The position numbers were made by a program, and so were the translations under genes. A stretch of DNA of 63,345 bases, filler included. It is 5 parts of 5 records of this genome, joined end to end, with 100 filler letters (N's around TTAATTAATTAA, not from the genome) between each part and the next. Parts side by side here need not be neighbours in the genome. Positions count along the whole stretch, not along the records: positions 31,756 to 37,852 come from SRR22947727_5350; positions 37,953 to 49,075 come from SRR22947727_5374; 3 more parts are not named here. One strand, written 5' to 3'. The stretch's first letter is position 1. Each line of letters opens with the position of its first letter. This document shows, in pieces, positions 31,757-41,174 of this stretch. The notes below the pieces were generated by a model. That model saw nothing but the letters and a program-made list of their open reading frames with translations, was not told where the DNA came from and did not search any database.

Positions 31757-32872
31757 AAGTTTGAAGCTTATGGAGAAGAAGAAATTAAAGCTGTAGAAGC
31801 TTGTCTTAGAGATGGATGGTTAGCAGGATTTGGTCCTCGTACTGTTGAGTTCGAAGAAAAAATAGCTAAACATTTTGGTAAAAAATATGGAGTGTTTGTG
31901 AATTCAGGCTCAGCAGCCTGCTTACTAGCTCTTGCTAGTTTACAACTTCCTAAAGGTACAAAAGTAGTTACTCCTGCTTGTACTTTTTCTACTACATTGG
32001 CTCCTATTATTCAACTAGGACTTGTTCCTATATTTGTTGATGTTGATTTAACAACATATTGTGCTAATATAGAAGAAATATTAGCTGCAATTGATGATGA
32101 TGTCAAAGCACTTATGATTCCTAACCTTATTGGTAATAAACCAAATTGGAAAGCCCTTAAAGAAGGTTTAATTCAAATGGGAAGAGAAGATATTATCTTA
32201 ATCGAAGACTCCGCAGACACAGTCACCCACACTCCAGAAACTGACATTGCTACAACTAGTTTTTATGCTTCACATGTTATTACAGCAGGGGGAAGTGGAG
32301 GAATGGTAATGTTTAATGATGAAAAACTCCGTAATGTTTGTCTTCAATTTAGAGATTGGGGTAGAATTGGTGATAATTCGGAAGCTATGGAGGATAGGTT
32401 TAACCATAGTGTAGATGGTATTCCATATGATTATAAGTTTTTATACGGTGTATTAGGTTATAATATGAAATCATCTGAAATGAATGCCGCATTTGGTTTG
32501 GTCCAACTTGAACGTTTTAAACAGTTTGAACAAATTAGGCGTGCAAACATTGAAAGATATATTGAAAACCTTCAAGGTGTAGGAGATTTAGTGTTACCTG
32601 ATGACAGCATTAAACCTAATTGGTTAGCTATTCCCCTTCAAACTGAAAAGCGCTATGAATTACTTCACTTCTTAGAAGACAACAACATCCAAACCAGAGT
32701 TACATTTGCAGGTAATGTTACCCGTCACCCAGTCTATAGAGAATACCTTCAAGAATTTAAAAACTCAGATACTATTATGAAAAATGGTTTCTTGCTAGGT
32801 GCCCACCATGGAATGACTCTTGAGGATGTAGATTATGTTTGTGACAAAATTAAAGAATTTTTTGCTAAATGA
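31757..32872 (+). CDS. DegT/DnrJ-family PLP enzyme, His-type (NDP-4-keto-6-deoxysugar 3-dehydratase-like); 5' truncated
   Basis: Frame open from the contig edge (KFEAYGEEEIKAVE...); 'FVNSGS', 'IEDSAD', 'SFYASHVIT' with His at the catalytic Lys position, 'YDYKFLYGVLGYNMK'. Confidence 0.85.
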   Translation, partial: KFEAYGEEEIKAVEACLRDGWLAGFGPRTVEFEEKIAKHFGKKYGVFVNSGSAACLLALASLQLPKGTKVVTPACTFSTTLAPIIQLGLVPIFVDVDLTTYCANIEEILAAIDDDVKALMIPNLIGNKPNWKALKEGLIQMGREDIILIEDSADTVTHTPETDIATTSFYASHVITAGGSGGMVMFNDEKLRNVCLQFRDWGRIGDNSEAMEDRFNHSVDGIPYDYKFLYGVLGYNMKSSEMNAAFGLVQLERFKQFEQIRRANIERYIENLQGVGDLVLPDDSIKPNWLAIPLQTEKRYELLHFLEDNNIQTRVTFAGNVTRHPVYREYLQEFKNSDTIMKNGFLLGAHHGMTLEDVDYVCDKIKEFFAK

Positions 32873-33816
32873 AAGTAGTATATGTAACAGGTTGCTTAGG
32901 TTTTATAGGTTCTTATGTAACTAGAACTTGTTTAGATAAAGGTTGGTATGTTAAAGGTGTAGATAAAATAACCTATGCTGCTAATAAACACCTTTTAGAC
33001 GAATTCAAACAATATGATAATTTTTCATTTGTTCACTGTGACATAAACGACTTAAAGTTTTTATATGATTGTGATTATGTTATTAACACAGCAGCTGAAA
33101 CCCATGTTGGTAATAGTATAGCTAATAGTGATGATTTTGTTCATTCTAATATAAACGGGGTTCATAATCTTTTAGAATTAATCAGAAATCATAGGGGAGA
33201 AAATGTTAAAAAACCCATATTTCTCCATTTTAGTACAGATGAAGTTTATGGAGATATTGAATCAGGAGCTCATACTGAATTGGATTTACTCCACCCTAGT
33301 AACCCGTACTCAGCTACTAAAGCAGCGGCCGACCAATTAGTATTAGCTTGGGCTCGAACTTATGATTTACCTTATATTATAGTTAGACCCACTAACAATT
33401 ATGGTATAGGACAATATGTTGAAAAACTTATCCCCAAATCATGTAAGTATCTTAAGTTAGGTAAAAAAATTCCTTTACACAATAATGGCACTCCTATCAG
33501 GAATTGGCTTCATGCCCAAGATACTGCCAATGCTGCTACAACTATTATAGAATCAGGAGTTATAAATGAAATTTATAACATTGCTGGGGGGTTTGAACAA
33601 GAAAATATAGTAACTGTTAAAAAAATAATCCAAGAATATATTGGAAATGTAGAATATGTTTTACATATTGATACTTCTATAAATAGGAAAGGACAAGACG
33701 TTAGGTATGCTTTAGATGATTCTAAATTAAGAAATTTAGGATGGGAACCTATAAAAGTATTTGACCAAGAACTTCCTAAAATAGTAAAATATTATAAAAA
33801 TAAATTTATATGGTAA
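32869..33816 (+). CDS. NDP-glucose 4,6-dehydratase (RfbB/RmlB-like)
   Basis: 'TGCLGFIG', 'AAETHV', 'STDEVYG', 'PYSATKA', 'NNYG..Q..EKLIP'. Confidence 0.9.
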   Translation: MKVVYVTGCLGFIGSYVTRTCLDKGWYVKGVDKITYAANKHLLDEFKQYDNFSFVHCDINDLKFLYDCDYVINTAAETHVGNSIANSDDFVHSNINGVHNLLELIRNHRGENVKKPIFLHFSTDEVYGDIESGAHTELDLLHPSNPYSATKAAADQLVLAWARTYDLPYIIVRPTNNYGIGQYVEKLIPKSCKYLKLGKKIPLHNNGTPIRNWLHAQDTANAATTIIESGVINEIYNIAGGFEQENIVTVKKIIQEYIGNVEYVLHIDTSINRKGQDVRYALDDSKLRNLGWEPIKVFDQELPKIVKYYKNKFIW

Positions 33817-34436
33817 AAGAACAATTAGTCTCTTTTGAAAAAAAGATAGGAGATAGCTTTAACAGGGGTGAAATTAAGGCCCCTATTCATCTATATGATG
33901 GTAATGAAGAATTTTTAATAGAAATTTTTAAAGATGTAGATATTAAAAATGATTGGGTTTGTTGTACCTGGAGAAATCATTATCAAGGTCTTTTAAAAGG
34001 AATTCCTGAAGATATAATGGAATCTAATATTAAAAAAGGGAAATCAATGGTGGCTAACTTACCTGAATATAAATTTATTTGTAGTTCTATAGTAGGTGGT
34101 ATTCCTTCAATAGCAGCAGGTATAGCTTTATCCCTAAAATTACAAAATAAAAACAACCATGTATGGTGTTGGGTAGGTGACATGAGCGCAGAAACAGGCC
34201 ATTTCCATGAAGCTTATAAATACTCATTAAATCATGATTTACCTATAACTTTTATAGTAGAAGACAATAAAAAATCTGTATGTACTCCTACTCCTAAAAT
34301 ATGGGGGAGAGAAACTCCATATTATTTAGATTCTCCTTATAAGGGTGGAATTTTAAAACAAAAACATTTAATTTACTACCAATACGATAATACTAAATAC
34401 CCACATGCTGGAGCAGGGGTAAGGGTTCAATTTTGA
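33810..34436 (+). CDS. Short ThDP-dependent E1-alpha-like subunit
   Basis: 'PIHLYDGNE', 'WRNHYQ', ThDP motif 'GDMS...EDN'; only 208 aa. Confidence 0.85.
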   Translation: MVKEQLVSFEKKIGDSFNRGEIKAPIHLYDGNEEFLIEIFKDVDIKNDWVCCTWRNHYQGLLKGIPEDIMESNIKKGKSMVANLPEYKFICSSIVGGIPSIAAGIALSLKLQNKNNHVWCWVGDMSAETGHFHEAYKYSLNHDLPITFIVEDNKKSVCTPTPKIWGRETPYYLDSPYKGGILKQKHLIYYQYDNTKYPHAGAGVRVQF

Positions 34437-34442
34437 TAACAA

Positions 34443-34979
34443 ATGGAATATTTTAATAATTTAAAAAAGGCTATGAGCCTATTAGCAGATCACCCTAAAA
34501 CTTTTTTTATAGGACAAGCTGTTGAATATGAAGGAACAGGATTATATGACTCACTATCCCACCTTCCCCAGGAAAAAAGATTAGAATTACCTGTAGCAGA
34601 GTATTTTCAATCTGGATTAGCTAACGGAATGGCTATTGAAGGTATGATTCCTATATCTACTTTCCCTAGATGGAATTTTTTGCTTATGGGAACTGATCAA
34701 ATAGTAAACCACTTAGACAAATTCAAAAGCATGTCAGACGGGAAATTGTGTCCTAAAGTTATTATTAGAGTAGCTGTAGGTAGTGAATATCCTGTAGACC
34801 CCCAATGTCAGCATAAAGGTAATTTTTCTACCTCTTTTAAGATGATGGCCCCTAATACAGAAGTAGTAGAACTTATAGAACCCGAAGATATAATCCCAGC
34901 ATATACTAAGGCTCTTAATAGAGAAGATGGAGTTAGTACTATTTTAGTAGAATTTGCTGACTATGCTAAAACCAAGTAA
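34443..34979 (+). CDS. Short ThDP-dependent E1-beta-like subunit (pyrimidine-binding domain only)
   Basis: 'FFIGQAV', 'ELPVAEYFQSGLANGMA', 'DQIVNH', 'QHKGNF'; 178 aa, no C-terminal domain. Confidence 0.82.
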   Translation: MEYFNNLKKAMSLLADHPKTFFIGQAVEYEGTGLYDSLSHLPQEKRLELPVAEYFQSGLANGMAIEGMIPISTFPRWNFLLMGTDQIVNHLDKFKSMSDGKLCPKVIIRVAVGSEYPVDPQCQHKGNFSTSFKMMAPNTEVVELIEPEDIIPAYTKALNREDGVSTILVEFADYAKTK

Positions 34980-35748
34980 AATCTTAGTCACAGGGGGTAA
35001 TGGGTACATAGCTAAAAGTGTAGTTAAAGCTTTAAAAAGTAAGTATAATGTAACTTCTATTACTAGGAAAGATTTTGACTTAACAAATCGTTTTGCTACT
35101 GATAAGTGGTTTCAAAATAAACACTTTGATGTTGTAATTCATACTGCTGTTAAAGGAGGGAGCAGGCTTGGGGTAGATAATGGAGAGATTTTTTATCAAA
35201 ACCTCCAAATGTTTTATAATTTATATTATAATAAAAGCCATTTTAAAAAATTTATTTACTTTGGATCTGGGGCTGAATTAGGGAGTCCTAGTGATCCTTA
35301 CGGGTTAAGTAAAAAAATTATTAATGATATTATTAAATATGAACATGGGTTTTTCAACCTTAGAGTATTTGGGGTATTTGATGAAAATGAGTTAGATACA
35401 AGGTTTATTAAGGGCAATATTAAAAGATATCTTAACCAAGAAAATCTTATTATCCATCAAGACAAACAAATGGATTTCTTCTACATGCCGGACTTAATTC
35501 ATATTATAGATCAATATATTATAGGAAATGCTTATACCTCTTTACCTAAGATAACAGAATGTGTTTATAAAGAAAAAACAACTTTATATGATATAGCTCA
35601 ACTTATCAATTCTTTATCTGATTATACAGTTCCTGTAAATATACTTGATTCCTCAAAAGGTATTCCCTATATTGGCAATACTCATCCTGTAAAAAAGTTT
35701 ATAGGATTAAAACAAGGGATCCAAAACGTTTATAATAAATTAAAATGA
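34963..35748 (+). CDS. NAD(P)-dependent sugar epimerase/reductase (extended SDR)
   Basis: 'VTGGNGYIA' Rossmann motif and 'YGLSK' (YxxxK). Confidence 0.85.
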   Translation: MLKPSKILVTGGNGYIAKSVVKALKSKYNVTSITRKDFDLTNRFATDKWFQNKHFDVVIHTAVKGGSRLGVDNGEIFYQNLQMFYNLYYNKSHFKKFIYFGSGAELGSPSDPYGLSKKIINDIIKYEHGFFNLRVFGVFDENELDTRFIKGNIKRYLNQENLIIHQDKQMDFFYMPDLIHIIDQYIIGNAYTSLPKITECVYKEKTTLYDIAQLINSLSDYTVPVNILDSSKGIPYIGNTHPVKKFIGLKQGIQNVYNKLK

Positions 35749-36638
35749 ATATAAAAATTGTTCAGCATTTAATGCCTTGGGAACTAGATTATGCCCTATT
35801 ATCTTTTTCTCAATTAAAAAAATCTCATTATTACCTCTCAGGAGAAGATAATATTATTATAGAAACTTGTTTAAATTTATCATCACATATAATAGATTGG
35901 GATGACAGTAAATTACCTAAGGAATTTTTTATAGAAAAATATAATGAACTTTCTAAATTATTAAATAAATTCGATCATGTAAAAAAGATTTATGATGGAG
36001 ATGAACTTTATGGACATTTAGATGTTCAAAGAGAAGCCACCTCTCCTGAAGTAGATTATTATATGTACATTTGTCCTGATATGTACTTTAGTGAACACTT
36101 ATTATCTTACATTATTGAAGGTGCTAAACAAGTAAAAAATGATTATTTTGTTATCACCCCTCAAATTCCTAGGTTATGGGATAATAGCTGGGAAATTTTA
36201 ATGAATCCTCAATATAGTGATATTGAATACGATAAATGGAATGAACAAGATACTTTTGACATCATTTATAACGACACAAACTCAAATGAAGAAATCCAGT
36301 TAACTCCTATTTCATCTGTTAAATTTGCTGGATGGTTTGATTTATACAGTAAAAGTTTTTGGGAGGATCTAGTCCCAGTTTGGGATGAATGGAAGGGGTA
36401 TGGATCTTGGGATTGGTACTGTTTAATAGTTAGTGAAAATTTTAAACGAATGGGGGGAGATTTTCAACAATATTTGCTTAAAGGAAAAACTATATTTGAA
36501 TATTCTTCTGGTCCTATGAAAAAAGGGTTTACCCCCTATTATAAGGGATATATTTCTCTTAAAGAAATCCCTGACCAAAAAGACGCATTTAAAAAGAAGG
36601 TATTAGAATATGCCCAAACTCGAATCAACCAGCTATGA
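35745..36638 (+). CDS. Hypothetical protein, possibly a GT-A-fold glycosyltransferase
   Basis: 'YYMYICPDMYF' (DxD-like position), 'FAGWFDLYSK', 'GYGSWD'; glycan-cluster context. Confidence 0.5.
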   Translation: MNIKIVQHLMPWELDYALLSFSQLKKSHYYLSGEDNIIIETCLNLSSHIIDWDDSKLPKEFFIEKYNELSKLLNKFDHVKKIYDGDELYGHLDVQREATSPEVDYYMYICPDMYFSEHLLSYIIEGAKQVKNDYFVITPQIPRLWDNSWEILMNPQYSDIEYDKWNEQDTFDIIYNDTNSNEEIQLTPISSVKFAGWFDLYSKSFWEDLVPVWDEWKGYGSWDWYCLIVSENFKRMGGDFQQYLLKGKTIFEYSSGPMKKGFTPYYKGYISLKEIPDQKDAFKKKVLEYAQTRINQL

Positions 36639-37696
36639 ATAAAATAACATTTTGTATCCCTAGTAAATCTAATCTGCGTTATTTAAAAACTTGTATTCCC
36701 TCTATAAGAAAAAATGCTTATAGAGATGACCATGAAATCATTGTATTTGTAGACTCAGATGAGGATGGTACTATTAAATGGTTAGATAGTGTTAAAAATA
36801 TATATAATATATCTTATTATGTTAACCCTGATTTAGGTAATAGCCTGTATGGAATAGGTAAAGCATATGACTATTGTGTTGAAAAATCAACCACAGATGT
36901 ATTTATGATTTTTCATGCTGATATGATGTTAGGAAAACATGCTGATTTAAAGGCATATAATCATCTCAAAGAAAAAACAGTAGTATGCTCAACTAGAGTT
37001 GAACCCCCTATTCACCCTAATGGGGGTGAAAAAATATTACTTGATTTTGGGATGTGGCCTGAAGGATTTAAGGAAACCGAATTTAAGCAATATGTTAATG
37101 AACACCTTGAGGATAATAAAATAACTGAAGGTATATTTGCCCCTTGGATGATGTATAAATCAGAGTTTCTAAACATATTGGGTGGTCACGATCCAATTAT
37201 GCATTCCTGCAGAGAAGATTCAGATTTGTTTAATAGAATGCATTTAGCTGGGTTTAAATTTATTCAACCTTGGAATTCACTAGTATACCACTTAACAGGT
37301 AGAGGGGCAGGTAGTTTTGATGGTGATCCCGAAAGACACAAGCAATGGCAAGCTGATATGAATAAATCTACATTAGAATTTATTCGTAAGTGGGGAACTA
37401 ATGTAAAACATACTCCACTAATGAAACCTATTGTAACTCCAGTGTATAAAAAATCAGTTCGTATTACTAACTCAAACCCACAATTAGAACAAGCTTTGTA
37501 CCCTTGGTTTAATGGTAAAGAGGGTATATTAGTTGAAGTTGATGGAAATACTTTTACCCAACAAGATTATCAAATAATCCAACAACTTTCAGATATTATA
37601 GAGGACAGTGGTGAAATAGGCCAATTTGAATTAGGTAATTTAAAAATTACTATAAATAGTTTAGATTCAATTGAGCAAGAATTAATAAAAATTTAA
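36635..37696 (+). CDS. Family 2 glycosyltransferase with an extra C-terminal segment
   Basis: 'ITFCIPS', 'IIVFVDSDEDGT', 'IFHADM', 'REDSDLFNR', 'VYH'. Confidence 0.85.
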   Translation: MNKITFCIPSKSNLRYLKTCIPSIRKNAYRDDHEIIVFVDSDEDGTIKWLDSVKNIYNISYYVNPDLGNSLYGIGKAYDYCVEKSTTDVFMIFHADMMLGKHADLKAYNHLKEKTVVCSTRVEPPIHPNGGEKILLDFGMWPEGFKETEFKQYVNEHLEDNKITEGIFAPWMMYKSEFLNILGGHDPIMHSCREDSDLFNRMHLAGFKFIQPWNSLVYHLTGRGAGSFDGDPERHKQWQADMNKSTLEFIRKWGTNVKHTPLMKPIVTPVYKKSVRITNSNPQLEQALYPWFNGKEGILVEVDGNTFTQQDYQIIQQLSDIIEDSGEIGQFELGNLKITINSLDSIEQELIKI

Positions 37697-37742
37697 TATT
37701 TATAAGTGATAATAAATTATTAACCTCCCAAACTTTGAAGTA

Positions 37743-37852
37743 ATGAAAAGTAAAAAGGAAAGAGATATACTCTCTATAGAAATACTCTATGATTATAAGG
37801 AGGAGTTAGAAGAACTAATAAGTAGTGAAGATTTTAATAGATTAATGTTTGA
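37743..37852 (+). CDS. Hypothetical protein, 3' truncated
   Basis: ATG 37743, frame open to the gap (MKSKKERDILSIEILYDYKEELEELISSEDFNRLMF...). Confidence 0.5.
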
Positions 37853-37952
37853 NNNNNNNNNNNNNNNNNNNNNNNNNNNNNNNNNNNNNNNNNNNNTTAA
37901 TTAATTAANNNNNNNNNNNNNNNNNNNNNNNNNNNNNNNNNNNNNNNNNNNN
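37853..37952. other. Artificial contig spacer
   Basis: N-run with TTAATTAATTAA. Confidence 0.99.
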
Positions 37953-38172
37953 CACCATAAATGTCGCGCCATTCGATAATCGTTTCCACACCGTACCTCA
38001 GTCAAAAGCTGTAATGCGCTTGAAATAGCATTTTTTATTTTTTTGGAAAGGTATAATTCACTCATACAGAAAATAAATGCTCATTGATTGAAAATTTAGG
38101 CAAGATTTTTTGAAAATGCGGGGTTTGAGGCAATGCCCAATCGAGCCGTCTTCGCGGCGGTGATCTTCGCGC

Positions 38173-38201
38173 TTGAAATTGCCACTGTGGCTGGCTAGTG
38201 T
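38173..38201 (+). promoter_or_regulatory. Sigma70-type promoter of the thi operon
   Basis: TTGAAA-N17-TAGTGT; predicted +1 falls at the start of the riboswitch. Confidence 0.55.
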
Positions 38202-38205
38202 AATG

Positions 38206-38312
38206 GATCTGTTGGGGTGCATTGGTTTGACCAGTTGGTTGATGCCAAGGCTGAGAAGCGAAAGCTAACTCATAGAACCTGATCCAGTTAAAACTGGCGT
38301 AGGGAACGGAGA
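38206..38312 (+). ncRNA. TPP (THI-box) riboswitch
   Basis: GGGGTGC...CTGAGA...GAACCTGATCCAGTTAAAACTGGCGTAGGGAA; P1 TCTGTT/AACGGA; upstream of thiD. Confidence 0.95.
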
Positions 38313-38379
38313 TCATACCAGATCGTAGCGGCTATCTCTCCTGTTCCCACGCAAGGCATTTGTTTTTGGGGCGCGTCGC

Positions 38380-39192
38380 ATGTTGAAATCAGACAATCAA
38401 AAGCCAGTTGCAACCGCATTGACCATTGCCGGTTCGGACAGTGGCGGCGGCGCGGGGATCCAGGCTGATCTGAAAAGCTTTTCCGCGCGTGGCGTTTATG
38501 GCGCAAGCGTCATTACTGCCGTAACGGCGCAAAACACCCGATTGGTCACAAAGGTCGAAGAGATTTCACCAGCGATGATCAGGGCGCAGATTGACGCGGT
38601 GCTGTCTGATATTCGGATTGACGCTATTAAAATTGGGATGTTGGCAACACCTGCGATAATTGACGCTGTTGCTGATGGTCTTGCCGATTTTCGTGGGCCG
38701 ATTGTCCTTGATCCGGTCATGGTGGCAAAATCAGGTGATGCATTGTTGCAAGCTGATGCCGTATCTTGCCTGATTGAGAGATTGTTGCCGCTTGCCAGAC
38801 TGCTAACCCCCAATATTCCTGAAGCCGAACGGCTTTTGTCGGGCAAGGGTGATTTAACACCACAAGAACAGGGCAAAGCGCTTTTGACGCTTGGGCCAGC
38901 GGCGATTTTAATGAAAGGCGGCCATGCCGATGGCGCTGTTTGCCATGATTATTTGGTGACTGAGTCGCAAATTATCTGTTTCGACGCGCCGCGCATTGAT
39001 ACCGGCAATACGCATGGCACAGGATGTTCGCTGTCATCGGCGATTGCCGCGGGTCTTGCCAAAAATTTAGCACTCGATGACGCCATTGGCACAGCGCATC
39101 AATGGCTTCATGGCGCAATTAAGGCAGCCGACCAGCTTGGCATTGGACAAGGTCATGGGCCGGTGCATCATTTTCACCAATTCTGGAGTTAG
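38380..39192 (+). CDS. thiD: HMP/HMP-P kinase
   Basis: '[18 protein letters not shown]', 'DPVMVAKSG', 'THGTGC'. Confidence 0.96.
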   Translation: MLKSDNQKPVATALTIAGSDSGGGAGIQADLKSFSARGVYGASVITAVTAQNTRLVTKVEEISPAMIRAQIDAVLSDIRIDAIKIGMLATPAIIDAVADGLADFRGPIVLDPVMVAKSGDALLQADAVSCLIERLLPLARLLTPNIPEAERLLSGKGDLTPQEQGKALLTLGPAAILMKGGHADGAVCHDYLVTESQIICFDAPRIDTGNTHGTGCSLSSAIAAGLAKNLALDDAIGTAHQWLHGAIKAADQLGIGQGHGPVHHFHQFWS

Positions 39193-39195
39193 CGC

Positions 39196-40218
39196 GTGAC
39201 CGAACCACAGATCACCATTGTTGGCGGCGGGGTTGCCGGACTTTGCCTTGCTGCTGAATTGGCGGAACGCGGTGTTTCCTTGCGGATCTTTGACCGCTAT
39301 GGCCGCCCTGCCGAACATGGCTGTTCGTGGTGGGCTGGTGGCATGCTGGCGCCTTTTTGTGAAAGCGAGGCGGCTGAAGAGCCGGTTGTTAGGCTTGGTC
39401 AAGAAGCTGCTGGATGGTGGCAGCGGCATAATGTGAATGTTGAGCGCAATGGCTCGCTGGTGCTGGCGCTAAGCCGTGATGGCGGCGAATTGGATCGCTT
39501 TGCCCGCCGAACTGACCAGCATGAATGGGTTGATGCTGATGGTGTGGCGGCCTTAGAGGCTGACTTGGCCGGTCAGGCGCGGCGCGGCCTGTTCTTTCCA
39601 ACCGAAGCGCATTTATCGCCGCGTGATGCTTTGGCCTGTCTTGTTGGTGAATTGGAAAGCCGCAATATCACGATTGAAACCGCCGATGGTCTGGATTTCC
39701 CAGATAATGATAATCAAGCGGCACTGCCAACCAAGGTTCGTAAAATTGATTGTCGCGGCTTGTCAGCATCGGATGCCATGCAGGATTTGCGTGGGGTCAA
39801 AGGTGAAATGCTGGTAATCCGGTCAGCTGATATTCGTTTATCACGGCCGGTGCGGTTGCTGCATCCGCGGATTCCGATCTATCTTGTGCCTCGCGGCGAT
39901 GGTGTTTTCATGCTTGGCGCAACGCAGATTGAATCGGGAAACCGGCAAGCGGCAAGCGTGCGTTCGGTTCTGGAATTGCTAAGCGCTGCCTATGCGCTTC
40001 ATCCGGCTTTTGGCGAAGCCGAGATATTGGAAATTGGCGTCGATGCGCGGCCTGCCTTTCCCGATAATTTACCGCGGATCAGACGCCGTGGAGACCGCCT
40101 TTATGTCAATGGCCTGTTTCGGCATGGGTTTTTGCTGGCACCAGCGATGGCGCGGATGACAGCCGATTATCTTCTTTCAGGACAGATTCCAGAGGTGATG
40201 GATGAAAATCTCAATTAA
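39196..40218 (+). CDS. thiO: Glycine oxidase (thiazole synthesis)
   Basis: 'IVGGGVAG', 'AGGMLAP', 'NGLFRHGFLLAP'. Confidence 0.92.
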   Translation: MTEPQITIVGGGVAGLCLAAELAERGVSLRIFDRYGRPAEHGCSWWAGGMLAPFCESEAAEEPVVRLGQEAAGWWQRHNVNVERNGSLVLALSRDGGELDRFARRTDQHEWVDADGVAALEADLAGQARRGLFFPTEAHLSPRDALACLVGELESRNITIETADGLDFPDNDNQAALPTKVRKIDCRGLSASDAMQDLRGVKGEMLVIRSADIRLSRPVRLLHPRIPIYLVPRGDGVFMLGATQIESGNRQAASVRSVLELLSAAYALHPAFGEAEILEIGVDARPAFPDNLPRIRRRGDRLYVNGLFRHGFLLAPAMARMTADYLLSGQIPEVMDENLN

Positions 40219-40399
40219 CGGCGCGGCAAAAGACGTCACCAGCACCAATCTAGCCGCCGTGTTGCACGAGGCTGGCTATGGTGATGCGCGTGTGGCAACC
40301 GCGGTAAATGGCAATTTTGTTCCGGTTGGCCAGCGTGAATCATGCCCGATCGAAGCTGGCGATCAGGTGGAAATTGTCGCGCCGCGGCAAGGAGGGTGA
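40202..40399 (+). CDS. thiS: Sulfur carrier ThiS
   Basis: 65 aa ubiquitin-like protein ending in GG. Confidence 0.95.
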   Translation: MKISINGAAKDVTSTNLAAVLHEAGYGDARVATAVNGNFVPVGQRESCPIEAGDQVEIVAPRQGG

Positions 40400-40400
40400 T

Positions 40401-41174
40401 GTGACAGCATTTTACGAAGTTGAATTGCCAACCGCCTTCATGCTTGGGACGGCGCAATATCCATCGCCAGCAATTCTTGGCGCGGCTTTTCGCGAATCTG
40501 CGGCGTCAGTTGCGACGGTTTCGGTTCGGCGCGAGGCCGCTGGCGCACAGGCAGGCGAGGGGTTCTGGCGGCTTATTCGTGATCTTGGTGTGCATGTCTT
40601 GCCCAATACCGCTGGTTGTCATTCACCAAGTGAGGCGATCACCACGGCAAAAATGGCGCGTGAATTATTTGAAACTGACTGGATCAAGCTTGAAGTCATC
40701 GGCCATAGCGATAGTTTGCAGCCCGACCCGTTTGGCCTTGTCGAAGCGGCGGCCAGCCTTTGCCGTGACGGGTTTAAGGTGTTTCCCTATACGACTGAAG
40801 ATCTGGTTCTTGCTGACCGGCTTCTTGATGCTGGCTGCGAGGTGCTGATGCCGTGGGGTGCGCCAATTGGCACTGGATTGGGGCTGGTGAATCCCTACGG
40901 GTTACGAAGCTTGCGCGCGCAATATCCTGATGTGCCGATGGTTATTGATGCGGGGCTTGGCCTGCCGTCACAAGCGGCGCAGGCAATGGAAATGGGGTTT
41001 GATGCGGTGCTGCTGAATACCGCAGTCGCCAAGGCGGGTGATCCGGTGGCGATGGCGGTTGCGTTTGCCAAGGCGATTGCGGCTGGCAAGCTTGCTAGAA
41101 ACGCCGATCCGATGGATCCGCGCGATATGGCTGCGCCATCTACCCCGCTAATTGGAAAGGCGTTTTTACAATGA
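40401..41174 (+). CDS. thiG: Thiazole synthase
   Basis: 'LPNTAGC', 'WIKLEVI', '[10 protein letters not shown]', 'DAGLG.PS'; start moved to GTG 40401. Confidence 0.96.
   Translation: MTAFYEVELPTAFMLGTAQYPSPAILGAAFRESAASVATVSVRREAAGAQAGEGFWRLIRDLGVHVLPNTAGCHSPSEAITTAKMARELFETDWIKLEVIGHSDSLQPDPFGLVEAAASLCRDGFKVFPYTTEDLVLADRLLDAGCEVLMPWGAPIGTGLGLVNPYGLRSLRAQYPDVPMVIDAGLGLPSQAAQAMEMGFDAVLLNTAVAKAGDPVAMAVAFAKAIAAGKLARNADPMDPRDMAAPSTPLIGKAFLQ

Noticed and set aside
33810-34979. ThDP alpha/beta genes as pyruvate dehydrogenase E1
   Set aside because: Too short, no E2 or E3, and embedded among NDP-sugar genes
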